64,000 nucleotides of DNA from Octopus sinensis (Eukaryota), in the NCBI RefSeq assembly GCF_006345805.1, contig NC_043019.1, positions 3,038,001 to 3,102,000 of the forward strand, in the 5' to 3' direction. The position numbers were made by a program, and so were the translations under genes. The notes below the pieces were generated by a model that saw only the letters and a program-made list of their open reading frames with translations, ran no database searches and was not told the DNA's origin. Shown piece by piece: positions 40,513-54,293 of this stretch (position 1 is its first letter; each line of letters opens with the position of its first letter).

Positions 40513-41839
40513 CTATGAAAATGATATGAAATAAGTTAGTTTACTAATGTAATAACATCACATTACCTTAGAATAACTGGAGACTGAGTATAACATATGT
40601 TACAAATTTCATGTAGAAATTAAGAAAACTTTTATCAATATTTTCAGTTTAAGATACAAAGGATATGATGAGAATACACAGATCTTTTAGGTATTTTATG
40701 ATTTAGCCTTTGTTATATGATGTCCTAACAGAGTAATGATTTAGATATGTCATAACTGAGGAATGATTTAGATATGTCATAAATGTGACAAATATTGTAA
40801 AAAAAATATTTGAAGCTAAATTTTATTCCTGCTAGTATTATACATGCTTAACAGGTAACAGTGAAACTAAATATTAACTGAGTAATGCTAGGCTATATTA
40901 CTAGGTATAAATAACTGAGAAAAAGCAGATCATTAGGAGTTAAGTTTTACTAAAATTCTAACATTGGTGACAGAATATAATCTCAGTCATAGACTAGAAT
41001 AATATTTGTATGGATATCAATAAAACAGTTAATGAATGTTGAGATGAAATAGGATTATGTTAAGAAGAAAATTATTATGATTATCTATGTAATAAGTAAT
41101 TTCTTGATTATAAGCATTGTTGATATTAAATTATATTATCAAATAATTATCTAATTTAATGAAACTGGTTATTTACAAGTATATTAATATGAAAGTAACA
41201 TTGTAATCATAAGTCCATTATTTCTATGTGGAATATGGTAGAATGTGAAGTGCCCAGTTAATCTAATTAATGATCAATATTGAATATTGATATACTGCTT
41301 ATAATTTCTGTAGGAAGACCTTTCATATTTGTGATAACAGAGTTTTAAAAAAATGTCTGCATGTTAAATAAGATTGTAAAGTGATAATATATACAGAAGA
41401 AATTATCAATGTGTACAGTTATACGTCATCTAGTAAAAATATGTTTTATGCTGCCCCCCCCCCCCCAAGTAGCGAAACTAAAATGTCTGTGTCAAATTAT
41501 GAGGGTATATTTTGTAAGGTAAACTCAGTGATCAAATGTTAGCAGGCACAAACACATGTAAGAATATTGACAAGAATAAACAAAAAGTTTTAGAATCCTC
41601 TCTGTCAATAAATCATAAATTATTTCTCATTAATTCACTCCTTTTTAGCTTGTGAAGGACCACTGGAATGGAAATTGTTTGACTGATTACTTTAAGACCA
41701 ATCTAAACATAGAAAAATCTGTCTGCAAGAGTATCTGATCCATTGTTTACATAAAATAGTAAACTCAAATTTAAGATACAAAACCATTTGGAATGCTAAA
41801 GTGCAACAACTATTGTAATATCTGGTTACAATCATATGG

Positions 41840-42680
41840 GCATGGTCATCATACTCTCAACTTCCTTTTTATTAACTTGCTGATTATAGCAGAAGGAGAA
41901 GAGCTTGCAGACCATCCTAGGCTGGTGACAGTGACACCATTAGTGTTCTTTTTCAACTTTTGCAAATGAACATCTGTAGGAAAGACATGAACAAAAGAGG
42001 AATCCTTAACAACTGACTTTCTAGAAAGAATGGCCTAGGCATTATTATCAGTGTGATGTCTGAGTGGAGGGGGGGAACAAAATGTAGCCAGCTCTGAGGA
42101 ACAGATTAGATTGGATACCACTATAATTGTGGTAGAAAAGACAAATAAAGTAGACAGCATGCCTATGAATCAAAAGCTGGAGTGCTGTCTGTGAATGACT
42201 TTATGCAAATCAGTCAAATGTCTCTTTCCTAGGTACATTCTAAGATGTCATTGAATGCAGCACCAGTATTGTCCCAGATGTGGGCTTCACTTCAGCTTTG
42301 CAGATTGTCAATAGTTGTTGGAGACTGAGTTATCTTCTGGTTTCAAAAGAGAAGAGCCAGGCAATGTGAAGCAGAACTATATATATGGAGGGATCATTGG
42401 AGGTATTAAGGTTCACCAATTAGAACAATTATGAGGATTCTAGTTGCAGTTTTGATTATGATTAAGAATGTGTAGTGTGATGATGTTTTCTTGATAAGAG
42501 TAACATTTGTGTTTTCTCACTGATCACAGAGAGAAGATAAGCATATCAACATTGGAGGATGCTGTCAGTATCTCTTCTCATGGAATCAGTGTGGGTTTGG
42601 TGTGTGGTGTCTTAATTGTGACTCAATAATACACTGTGATTGAGCATAACAAAGAGTTGTTAAATGATGTTTAGCATTTA
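41840..42680. mobile_element. Old insertion, possibly a degraded LINE fragment
   Basis: Higher-GC island not present in paralogous units; no intact motif recognised. Confidence 0.3.
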
Positions 42681-43006
42681 GGTATACAGTGTGCGTGTAC
42701 GGGTGCGCATGTGTAATATTTGAATTCTAAAACTGAATTTGAAATTCCACTGTAATGGAAATTTGTCTGATTACTTTAATATAAATCAACTTAGAGAAAA
42801 TTTTCTGTTAGGAAACCTATAAAAATTAGGAGATAAGCATAATCTCTATTCAATATTGAACCAGTATGTATCTAATGAAGAATGCCTCTGAAACAATATG
42901 AATATATCTAGCTATTAGAATATATCATATCCATTAGCTGTTCAACATGGAAGTACTGTCAAGATAAATCATGTTTATGGTTTCTATTATTAGTTAATTC
43001 TCTTAC

Positions 43007-43045
43007 CAGTTTTAATTTCCACAGGTATAACAAGGGGAAGTGCAT
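43007..43045 (-). CDS. Microexon type A, 39 nt, DALPLVIPVEIKT
   Basis: ttttaacag acceptor, gtaag donor. Confidence 0.75.
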
Positions 43046-43610
43046 CTGTTAAAAATATTTTTTCTTATATGTGAGATAAAGGGGGATATATTATCAAATA
43101 CTTTAACAAGATATCATTTTTATCAAATTTTGTTCAGAAATTCATAAAGTGAGGTTTGTAATTCCTTACATATAAAAGTCAACTTTAAAAAAAATTTTAA
43201 ACTATCAATATATGATTTGAAATATACACGTCGATTTTCATAGAATATTATCATGAATTAAGGCTTACATATATTGAATTATACAAATATAGCTTTCAAA
43301 GATTTAAAAAATATATGAGGTCAATTAATCATGCATTGATAATGTAGAACTTTTAAGTAAAGATAGAGAATATTAAAGTATTTTATCATTCTTGATACTC
43401 GTTCCGAAATAATTTTGTGAATATTACAGCCTATCATAGTATAATATGGGAAGTAATTTAAGTATGCACTGTTTACTTAGATTATTATAGGGAATTACAA
43501 AATTAATGAAGTATTTTATAATTTCTGGTATGTATAGTAAATGGGGTATGTAACATTTAAAATTGGATATTACATTTAGTTCCTATTCAATTTAAGCTCT
43601 GAATTCTTAC

Positions 43611-43649
43611 CAGTTGATAATTCCAAAATTTTAACGGGAGCTGCAGGAG
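43611..43649 (-). CDS. Microexon type B, 39 nt, APAAPVKILELST
   Basis: ttttcttag acceptor, gtaag donor. Confidence 0.78.
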
Positions 43650-45016
43650 CTAAGAAAATGATATGAAATTCAACAGTTAACTGATATAACATCATATTAC
43701 CAAATAATAATTGGGCACTGAGTATAACATATATTCCTACATAACTAATACACTCTTTATTATATATGGTATCAATAATCATAGATAATAAATTCTTATC
43801 ATTTATAGACAATGGAAAATGAAAATATTTTAAAATATTTTATCAGGTTATGTTAAAATATGTTATCAAATTTTAAGCATAATTTATTAAACCATCTAGA
43901 ATGATTTCAGTTATGATAAACACAAAGTTAAAGATGGTTTATGTATTAAACAATTTCGGTTTATTTATATCATGAAGGGCTGAATATTTAGATATGTAAT
44001 ATATATCTTATGCTGAATTTGCTTGCTGATTTATTACCTGTTAATACTTAATCATGTTTAATAGGTAAAAGAGAAGTTGTGAATATTATATTATCTGATA
44101 TGTTAAACTAATCACATTAGCTTAGTATAATTTGATAAAGTGAATTATCATTTATTACATGAATTAAGACATTTTATCATATCACTGGAGATTCAATATT
44201 CTCTAATTATAGACTAGAATAAATCTTTTTTCACATATAAATAATTAAAACATAGTTATTGTCTACTAAGAAAGTAAATGATGTGATGAAGAATATGAAT
44301 AAGGATTATCTAAATAAGAAATCTGGTGATTAACACTGATAAAGGCAATCTATATTATATCAAACTAAAAGATAAATACCAGCTCTATCCAGATCATATA
44401 TAATGTCATAATCTTATTATGGTTCTGACTGGGAATTAGGTAGATGCATATTATAAGACATGTGTAAGCATACATCATGTAGCATTCAATACTGAACCAC
44501 TGTGTTTCTATAGAACTCATCTGAAACAATACTGATATTTTGAAACAAGAATATATAACAATGAAATAACATTTTAAGTGTATTATTTATTTTTAGTGTA
44601 CCATGCTAAAATTTGAAGAACTCAGAATAATTAGTGATCAATATTCAACATTGATATCCTCCATAGAGAGAATTTTGTTGTGGCAGTCAAACAGTTTCAC
44701 AATTTGATAACTAGAATTATTAGGTGATGAGAATTATTAAGCAAGAATAAATTACCTGTATTAATAGGTACAGCTACAATTGATCTAATGAAAACAATTT
44801 TAAACTGAATTTTCCTTCACTTCTGGAATTATCATAAATGTTTCTAGATGTGAGGATATATATCATATGATAAACTCTGTGAAACAATTTTACCAGGGAC
44901 AAACTCATGCCAAAATGTTGATGAACATTAGGAGTTATTAAATGATCTATCTTAATTATCTTTAAGATGTATATATATATATATTCTTATGAGTCAGTCA
45001 TTAGTTTGAGCCTTAA

Positions 45017-45238
45017 CCCTTTAATGTTTAGATTACTCTGTTAAATGTAATACTTTTTCACTCAAATTGTTTTGACTTAATCCTGGATTATCTTACAGCT
45101 TTGAGGTTTTCAATGATGTGATTGTTTATTTTTAGAATGGCATTGTAGGTTAGGTGTGAGAAGCTAGATATTGCCAGTTTGAATATAAAACATGTAGAAT
45201 ATATTGGGCCGGATTTGGCCAGTTTAAACACTAAAGGG
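45017..45238. mobile_element. piggyBac-type MITE
   Basis: ttaa|ccctttaatgtttag ... ttaaacactaaaggg|ttaa: TTAA TSD and CCC/GGG termini. Confidence 0.85.
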
Positions 45239-45855
45239 TTAAAACTGAATTTGCAAGCCTACTAATGGAAGTTATGTCTGATTACATAAACATAAATCAG
45301 CTCAGACAAAAATTTCTGTTTTTACCTTTTGAAATGGAAAACTCAAAGCCAACAGCTCTCAAATCATTTTTAACTTTATAAAGCTTTCACTAATGATATA
45401 GTGAATTATCCCAATACTGTTAAGTACTTTCGCCACAATAGTGCTAATAATGTAATTTGAAGTGCAAATCATCCATTTGCTTCACTACTAAAACATCAAG
45501 TTAACCACTTTCAGCATCTTAAATAACACATTGTTTAGATAATGTGTGTTAGTAAAATTATTAGTATGATATAATAAAAACTAATTTATTCCATTATATT
45601 ATTGTTAACAATATAATTCATAGTTATGTTTGAATTAGAAAATTTTGAGTACATATTACTTTACAACAATGTATTGAAAGAACTCTATTATGTGGGCTGA
45701 CTATGGTCTACTTTATTTAATATATATTAGGGAAAATGTTAAAAATAATAACAAAATAAGTATTTCATAGAAAATTTGGAATTAATTTATCACGCCATGG
45801 GTTTGTAGCAGTAAATTATCATTGCACTAAATTTTGCAGTATTTCTCAAAATATT

Positions 45856-46067
45856 GATTTCACATTTTGGCACAAGGCCACCAAGTTTGGGAGAGGGGTT
45901 AAGTCGATTACACTGACCCCAGTGGTTAACTCATACTTATTTTATTGACTCTGGGAGGTTCAAAGACAAAGTCAACCTCAGTAAATTTGAACTCAGAATG
46001 TAAAGACAGACAAAATGCAACTAAGCACTTAGCTGGGTATGCTTATGATTCTGCCAGCTGCTGCCTT
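45856..46067 (-). mobile_element. SINE, family 2, 18-bp TSD
   Basis: agtatttctcaaaatatt at 45838-45855 and 46068-46085. Confidence 0.88.
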
Positions 46068-46485
46068 AGTATTTCTCAAAATATTAGAAATATTTTGATG
46101 ACTTAAAAAATATATTTTTAATTAAATAGCTTAAAACAGAGATAAAAGCATTATAATATAAACATGAATATGGACACATAAAACATATTTTATTGCATTT
46201 GAAACGATGTGAATGCTATATTATGTACATCTTTCAGTTACATATTCTTCATTATTACAATTACTGAAATGCATTTCAACAGAGATTATTTATTTTTCAT
46301 AAATATAAATTATACTAGTTATTTAATTATTAATAGCTATGTTTTAATGATAATATTAAGAATATACTTGTGGTTATAAGAATATAACATTCATTTTAAA
46401 TATTCTCATGAAAGTACAGTCAAGTTAAATAATGTTCATAGTCATTAATATTAGTTCAGTTTTTGTTAGGTACTAATTTTCTTAC

Positions 46486-46524
46486 CAGTTTTAATTTCCA
46501 AGGGTATAACAGGGGGAAATGCAG
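46486..46524 (-). CDS. Microexon type A, 39 nt, AAFPPVIPLEIKT
   Basis: ttttaacag acceptor, gtaag donor. Confidence 0.78.
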
Positions 46525-47052
46525 CTGTTAAAAATATATTATCTTACATGTGAGATATAAAAGGGAATGTATTTTCAAATACTTCAAAGAGATATTGTAT
46601 CACATTTTGTTTATGAATTCATTGGGTGAAATTTGTACTCCTTACAAAATGTAAAAGTTAATATTTAAAGGAAAAATTTTAAACTATCAATATATGATTT
46701 GAAACAGACATTTAAGTTTCATAAAACGTTATCATGAATTCAGGCTAACATATCTAGCATTGTACAAAAATATATTGTTCTTCAATATTGTAAAGGAATT
46801 TTAAAAATCAAATTAATAATTCTTTTTTATCACTTTTTGATAATTATTTTAAAATAATTATATGTATATTATAGGCCATCATAGTAAAATATAGTAAGTA
46901 ATTTGATTATGCACAATTTAATTAGATCTATGTAGAGTATTATTAAGATGATATAGAATTTATACTTTCTAGTATAAATAGTATATGGGATGCAACATAT
47001 AAAATTTAATGTTATTTTTAGTTACTATTTAATTTAAACTCTGAACTCTCAC

Positions 47053-47091
47053 CAGCTGATAATTCTACAAATTTAACTGGAACTACAGGAG
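47053..47091 (-). CDS. Microexon type B, 39 nt, APVVPVKFVELSA
   Basis: ttttatag acceptor, gtgag donor; diverged B copy. Confidence 0.7.
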
Positions 47092-47906
47092 CTATAAAAT
47101 ATGAAATTTGACAATTCACTGACATAATAACATCAAATTACCACAGAATTATTAGAGACTGAGGATAAAATATATGCTTCTATATAATTAATACATTCCT
47201 TATCATACATAGTATCAATTAGAATAGCAACAAAAAAAAACTGCCTCGTTATTTACAAAAAAATAGGTGAAAAACAAAGAAGAATGCTATGGCTCTGATG
47301 ATAGCATTATTCTTTAAGGTCATTCAATTTTTCTCAGTTGATCCATTGATCAACTGAGTAAACCGATCAATGAATGAACCTATACTCTCAGAAACAGCTG
47401 TAAGTGGAATTTACTACAATAAAGGAATATGTAATGAACATTATTTATACCCTGTCTTGTATATCACTGTGTGTATAAAACCAGCTTACCTAGGAATACA
47501 ACCATGGGTTTACAAAAAAGAATAGTGATGAGCCTCAGACCCTCTCACAGGCATACATAGCATCCTTTATTAATCTAAAAAACTTTGTTAGCCTGCTGTA
47601 TTTGCATTAACAGAGAGCTTATAAAGTATTTTGCCTGGATTGATAAGCCCTTGTTAATAACTCTTTGTTATACATATCTATTTGGTATGAAAAGGTAATA
47701 GTGTAACTACGACTGTTATATAATTATCAACAATCTTAACCTGTATATAATGCATCTACCAACAAAGATTTTAATTTTTCAACCAGAAATATGAATGGTC
47801 CAATAAAACTAAATGGAGTATAAATTATCTATTTACCCTTTAAATTGGGTAACAATTTGCAATTTATTAATAATGAAAAACTCTCTGATAAGATCATGAC
47901 TATAAT

Positions 47907-48123
47907 CCTTTCTACTATAGGCACAAGACTGAAATTTATTGGGAGGGGGCCAGTCAATTAGATCAACCCAGTATGCAACTGGTACTTAATTTATTGACCT
48001 TGAAAGGATGAAAGGCAAAGTTGACCCTGGCAGAATCTGAACTCAGAATGTAAAGACAGATGAAATACTGCTAAGCATTTTGCCCAGCATGCTAATAATT
48101 CTGCCAGCTCACTGCCTTCTGAG
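47907..48123 (-). mobile_element. SINE, family 2, 12-bp TSD
   Basis: catgactataat on both flanks. Confidence 0.88.
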
Positions 48124-50659
48124 CATGACTATAATAGCAGATCTTATACATATTCCCCAATTATTTTAAAATTAAACCAAGTTAATTAAGTCATACACAC
48201 ACACTCACACACATATAAATTTAATTTTTATAGCTCTTTCAGAAATGGTTAGACCCAGGCAAGTATCAGTTGATAGGATTTGATACAGAAGTGTATGCAC
48301 TCATGTGTGTACATAAATTTCTCATACATGAGTGACAAATGTATGTATTGATTTTGTCAACCAAATTTTGTAGAAGAAATTTTATGCACAATCTATGAAG
48401 ATACTTTGATGATAATATATAGAATTACTAAAAGATTTGTTAAATTTTGGTAAATAAATAAATTTTGGTAAATAGATAATCTTTTGGTAAATAGGTAATC
48501 TTAATATTACAGATTATTATATATTATGAGAAGCACAACTAGCATCTAGTGTTAAATTTAGTTCATATCTAATTTTTTAAATATTCCTGTAACTGTTTCT
48601 GAAAGAATCATAAAATTATATTTGATATGAGTGTGTGTGTATGTATATAAGGTACATGACATCAATTTAGAATAATTGGGGAAGTCGTGTAAGATTTAAT
48701 ACAGTGACTATTTATGTTTTATCAGGGATTCTTTCACTATGTAAAAATTATGCATTATCATACAGTTTAAATATGATTTTTACGGTATTTAGTTTTATTT
48801 AAAATTAAAAATAAAATATTTAGGGATAAGTTTTTCTAAAGTTTAATAAATAATAAAATAGATTTTCATATTCTATTACACACAAAGAAGAATTAACTGT
48901 ATAGGGAAAAATGATAACTATACAAAAGTAATGTATTAGTTAATATAATCACTAAACTCATACAAATTGATATCTTCATAGGTTTAACTGTGAAGATATT
49001 AATTTGCGAAGGTATAAATCTTATATCACTTTCTTATGTTAATTAGTTAGTTTGAGAATTTGTATAACGTTTATCTTACTCACTGAATATCATGTATTTT
49101 ATCACTGATTTAAATTAATTATACTTATTAAGAACTTCACAAAAATATTGTACTTCATGAGACAATAACATTTTTTACAGTGATGCATAAAAGCTATTCA
49201 GGTCATACCAATAAATATAAATAGATCATGATAATAATAATGGTAAAAATTTTAAATGTGTTCAGAAGCAAGTTAATGATAAAATGGATAACATCTAAAA
49301 CCTGAGGAAATTATGAAATTCCATTTCCTCGATGGTAATTCAGTGTGCTCTAATTATAATACAGAATGAACCTTACATTAGATATAATTTTTTGTTTTGT
49401 TTTCTTAATAAAATAGTCAGAGTAGGAAGATCAGTACCAATGATCATTGAAAGCCTATCTCCTAGGGTAGTGAGAATGATGTGATTGATGTTCATTCTCA
49501 CCATAAACCAGTGACTGTAGAAAAATATGAATTGGGAGAGGATTGCATTATGGGGTGGAAAAGTAGTCAAAATGTTCAGTGTGACATCTGAAAGGTGACA
49601 CAACAGGGAGAACAGGAGAAGGAAAAAAGAGCAGGTGAAGTAAATATTGAAGCAGATTGACTAGTTCAGAGAAGCAGAGATTCTTGTAGCTAGGGTAGAA
49701 GAAATAGGGAGAAGAAACAGTAAATATGTAAGCATGTGACTGTAGAGAAAGGCTAGCTAAATATTTTCCAATCAATGGACTGGCCATTCTTTTAAGATCT
49801 CAGATTTTAATGTGTGTAGCAAAAGTACCATATCTTGTATGTTATCAGTAATCTAATGTGAGTCTTACTTTAATAGACATAGGAGCGAAAATGATTTAGA
49901 AGAATAGGGACTTCTTGGAAACTATGAACAGTTGAAGTGATGTAAATGATAAATAGCAGAAACAAAATTTGTCACAGAAGTAGAAGTATGATCTTAAATC
50001 TATTTCAAAATAGTATAAAATATTTGCCACAACTTTTAGCAATTAACAGATATACAACAGGCATAATCATATAATGTGTAATGTATTAATTTTATAATAA
50101 TGACACACAAGTATACAAGATTTTAAAACAGGTTGTTACTCATGTGTTATATAGATGAGAGTAAAATCTTTCCCTTGAAAAATGGTCAGTTTCTCAGGTA
50201 ATTTTTCCACCAGGAAACCAGGAAAAGTCATAGTCAGCAATGCAAGTTAACCCCTTCTGATGTGATCTGTGTTTGCAGTATTATAACATCTTAAAGCTTT
50301 GTTACACATACAACTTCAGGCTAATGACAGTTACAAACTGCTAACTTTCAATTGCAATTTTCTTATACATAATTTAAATACAAATTAAAGGTTCTCTAGA
50401 TAGCCTATTATGTTTTTAGTTTTGTTACAGGCAATCAATCATTCTCTCCTGTGACTTTTACATCCTCACTATGCATTTTACAAATGGCTAATTCATATTT
50501 TTACAACATATGCTAGTCATTTGTTTTTCTGCAGCAATAAATAATATAATCTTATTAAAACATCATCACCATTTCTGACATTTTCTACAAAATGCACATG
50601 TTAAAATAACCCAAAGACTTCTTCATATATGTAGAAATAATGTATCAGGTAATAAAAAT

Positions 50660-51016
50660 GTGGCACTGTGTTGGTTATGACAACGAGGGTTCCAGATGAT
50701 CTGATCAATGGAACAGCTTGCTCGTGAAATTAATGTGCAAGTGTACCCTTAACGTAGTTCTTGGGGAGATTCGGCATGACACAGAGAATGACAAGGCTGG
50801 CCCTTTGAAATGCAGGTACAAAAGAAACAGGAAGAAAAAGTGAGAAAAAATTGTGGTGAAAAAGTACAGCAGGGTTTTCCACCACCCCTTGCCAGAGACT
50901 CATGGAGCTTTAGGTGTTTTCGCTCAATAAACACTCACAACGCCTGGTCTGGGAATCGAAACCATGATGCTACAACCATGAGTCGACTGCTCTAACCATT
51001 CAGCCATTGTGCCTCC
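50660..51016 (-). mobile_element. SINE, family 3-related
   Basis: Shares ctgatcaa..gaacagc..gtgaaattaatgtgcaagt block with 60878; tRNA-like end. Confidence 0.75.
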
Positions 51017-53380
51017 ACATAAGGTTATAGGTTCATACCAAGCAAATTATGAAATTACATTTTATAACTTTGGCGAAACTATCAAATATATATACATATT
51101 ATGCAGCAATATATTAATTTACAAAACAAATAATGAAAGAGGACATAAACATGACAATACAAACATGAAATGCTGATTTAGAAAACTGATATTATGAAGA
51201 GTCAGCTGTAATAGTCACTTATACATCATGCTTCCTTATATCCCAAAAATTGTTTTATGTGTATATTTTTTAAACATACTCATCATTATAAGAATTAACA
51301 AATTCAGCAGAGATATTTTATTAATAACATATATACTTAATTATAAATAACGATATGCTTCAATGAAAATATTAGGAATATATTTCTGGTTATTAGTATA
51401 TAAAATGCACAGGAAAGTAGTTAAGTTAAATTATATTCATAGTTAAAATTAATAACTATATTTTTGTCAAATATTAATTTATTGCCAGTTATGAATAAAA
51501 GAAGTATAACATTAAATTATATAAATAGAAATTTCCCCAAAGAATGAGCTTCTAATTAAATTTTGCTAAAAATTTATTAAGATGCTAAAATAATTCAAAA
51601 AAATTATTTTTATGATAAACTGTTATGTAAATTTTACAATATCATATGTAATGGTAATTTGGTTACTGATTGCATGCAAAGCAAATATTTTAATTAATAT
51701 TTATTTCATATTAAATCAATCTATCAATTATTCTCAGCTTTATGTAGAGGAGCTATGGAAATTATATCCTTGCTTATGATTTGATCAGCAATTCAATGAT
51801 CTCATTTTAACATAATTAAGGAAGTTTTACAATATTGACTTTACATTGATAAATCACTTTCTCATAAGAAAACCAAATGGCATGGTAGTATATATATTTA
51901 TACCACCTTAGTAAGTAATTTCTATAATTTTATTTCCATTAATTTTTAGTAAATTATATTATCTAATAATTCAGTTTCAGTGGTAATTAGGTACATTTTT
52001 AAACAGGATTCTGAAAATATAAATCTATTTATATTTATAACTATAATCTAGTAATTTTCTGAGTCTAAAGAAATAAAATAATTTTGAGATGACATGAATC
52101 TAATTACTAATTGACAATTTAACCTAGAGAAAAATACAACATTCTGAACTGATGTACTATGTCACTATAGATTCAACAACACCATTATATGGCGTGAAAA
52201 ATACATGGAATTTATTTTATCATTATGAAGAATTATAATTGTTATTAAACATGCATTATTAATTTTCACATGTCACCATCTATGATTAGAAGTGTCAAGT
52301 TAAATGAAAAGAAGTCTGCATGAGATGTTGAAACCACATATGTTGTACCTTGGATGAGGATAAGTTTTAATATAGCTAAACTCTAACAGAAGATAATTTA
52401 TGCAGATAATTAACAGACATTGATAAATCTTTAAATCAATGACTCTTTTTAGTGTTTTTCTTTGTAATGTCATGCCAGGAGAAAGGGGTATTACCTATGG
52501 CCCTCTGAAACTGACAAGTCTGATGCTGTTTATGTTGCACTTAAAATGTAGAAAGTGAACAACTGCAGGAAAATATAATTAGGAAAAGAATTTCAGAATA
52601 CCAACATTCTTAGACAGAAGAGTTGTTACAGAAAGTCCCAGTATCAGCACCTGTAAATCCCTCTCCAAGGTGTAAACCTGAGCTAGGTAGGTGTGTGTGT
52701 GTGTGTGTAAGACTATATTGTCTAAATGAAAAGTACATCCATAGCTTTACACCTGTGTCATTGCAGAAATTGCAGTCAGAATACAAAGAACCAGAATGAT
52801 ACTGCAAGATATCCTATTCAGCAATCTTACAGTTAAACCAATCCATCACCTTATGTACAATTTCTAGATGAGTATCAACTCTTTGTTTATGCATATTAAA
52901 AATGCATAGAAATCAATGACTAACATGAGGTGAAAACAATGTTTTTTTCCTTTATGGTACAAAAATAACATTGAAATATATGAAAATATGTTCTGTTGGT
53001 GATTTCAAAACAATGAATATACACATATACATTCATGCCTTATATTAGCTTTATACATTATCAAGCTAACTCCAGCAATTGTAAATATGCTTTGTCTATA
53101 AGTACAGTAGATTTTCTAAATATTAATACAATTCATGATTATGAATTAGTTTATCAACAACTGAAGTTGTCAGCTATTATATCAGGCACAATGTAGGAAG
53201 AAATTTTGAAGTGAAAGATGATATACAGCTTATGTTTTATAAAAATCATAAGCTACATTAACTAATATCTAGGACGAAAGATAAATATATTTCTTAAAAT
53301 ATTTAGTAAATAATAATAGTGTTAGCATTAATTGATAAGTATGTTTTAATTTTATAATTAGTTAATTACTAAATTCTTAC

Positions 53381-53413
53381 CAGTTGATACTTCCACGCGT
53401 GGTGCTGGTGGCC
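53381..53413 (-). CDS. Microexon, 33 nt, GPPAPRVEVST
   Basis: ttttctcag|GGCCACCAGCACCACGCGTGGAAGTATCAACTG|gtaag. Confidence 0.8.
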
Positions 53414-54101
53414 CTGAGAAAATTATATTATCTAATATATTAATAAATAAAAATGCATAATAACATAGTATCATTTGTACATAATTTTTTCCAACTTTGA
53501 CAGTACCTAAGCTACTATATAGAATAAAAATATCTTTTATCATCTTCCTGTTGTATTTATGAATATCAGTATTACAGACAATTCGTTGGCAAACAAAATT
53601 AGTCAACACAAATTTCAATGCGATACCATAATTATGTCAACAATTTACTTTATAATATATGTTGCTTTTTACTGTTTCTCATTACTTTGGTAGAATCTTG
53701 TAATATCCAAATGAATAAAGCACTCATTCAAAGATATTCAAACTAAAGCAGAAAAGATACTTTTCAACACTAGTAAATATGTCTTAGCCAGTGATTGGGA
53801 TCAAACCTGCTGTAATAATAATTAGCTCAAATAAAGATGGACAAAATAATTATCTGATGGGACAATAACATTTCATCTTCTAGACTAAGAATTTAGACTG
53901 GCGTGTGTCACATTAACATAGCTTTCATTAAAGACACTTCCAAACTTTACTTTAAATATTCCAAGATCATTGAGTACCAGTAAAAAAATAGCCTGTTATA
54001 AACATATTCAATTCGAACCAAAGTTGTGACACCTGTGTAAGATGTGTAAATTATTCTTTAGTTAAATGCTATTGAAAGCAAATCCACAATTCATTTCTTT
54101 A

Positions 54102-54293
54102 GTGCAGGTGGCACGTAAAAAGCACCCACTACACTCTCAGAGTGGTTGGTGTTAGGAAGAGCATCCAGCTGTAGAAACTCTGCCAGATCAAGACTGGAGC
54201 CTGGTGTAGCCATCTGGTTGCCAGCCCTCAGTCAAAACCGTCCAACCCATGCTAGCATGGAAAACAGACGTTAAATGATGATGATGATGATGA
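54102..54293 (+). mobile_element. SINE/LINE-tail repeat, family 4
   Basis: Homologous to 7847-8026. Confidence 0.8.

Larger units (their letters stand above)
8650..47220. repeat. Tandem segmental array: 12 diverged units (mostly 2-5 kb), each with one A exon, one B exon and homologous intron sequence
   Basis: Intronic blocks recur in the same order around each exon pair, e.g. attgtgcaggaaagtactctcaagtaaaatagtgatcatggttagaattattagcta and gagttcactgacataataacatcacattac. Confidence 0.92.

Noticed and set aside
8780-47091. CRISPR-like reading of the repeated 39-bp units
   Set aside because: Spacing is hundreds to thousands of bp, the intervening sequences are homologous to each other, the repeats carry splice signals, and there are no cas genes in this eukaryotic context.
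49373-49800. Higher-GC ORF fragments here and at 52610-52807
   Set aside because: No recognisable domain or matching splice pair; more likely old retroelement debris.
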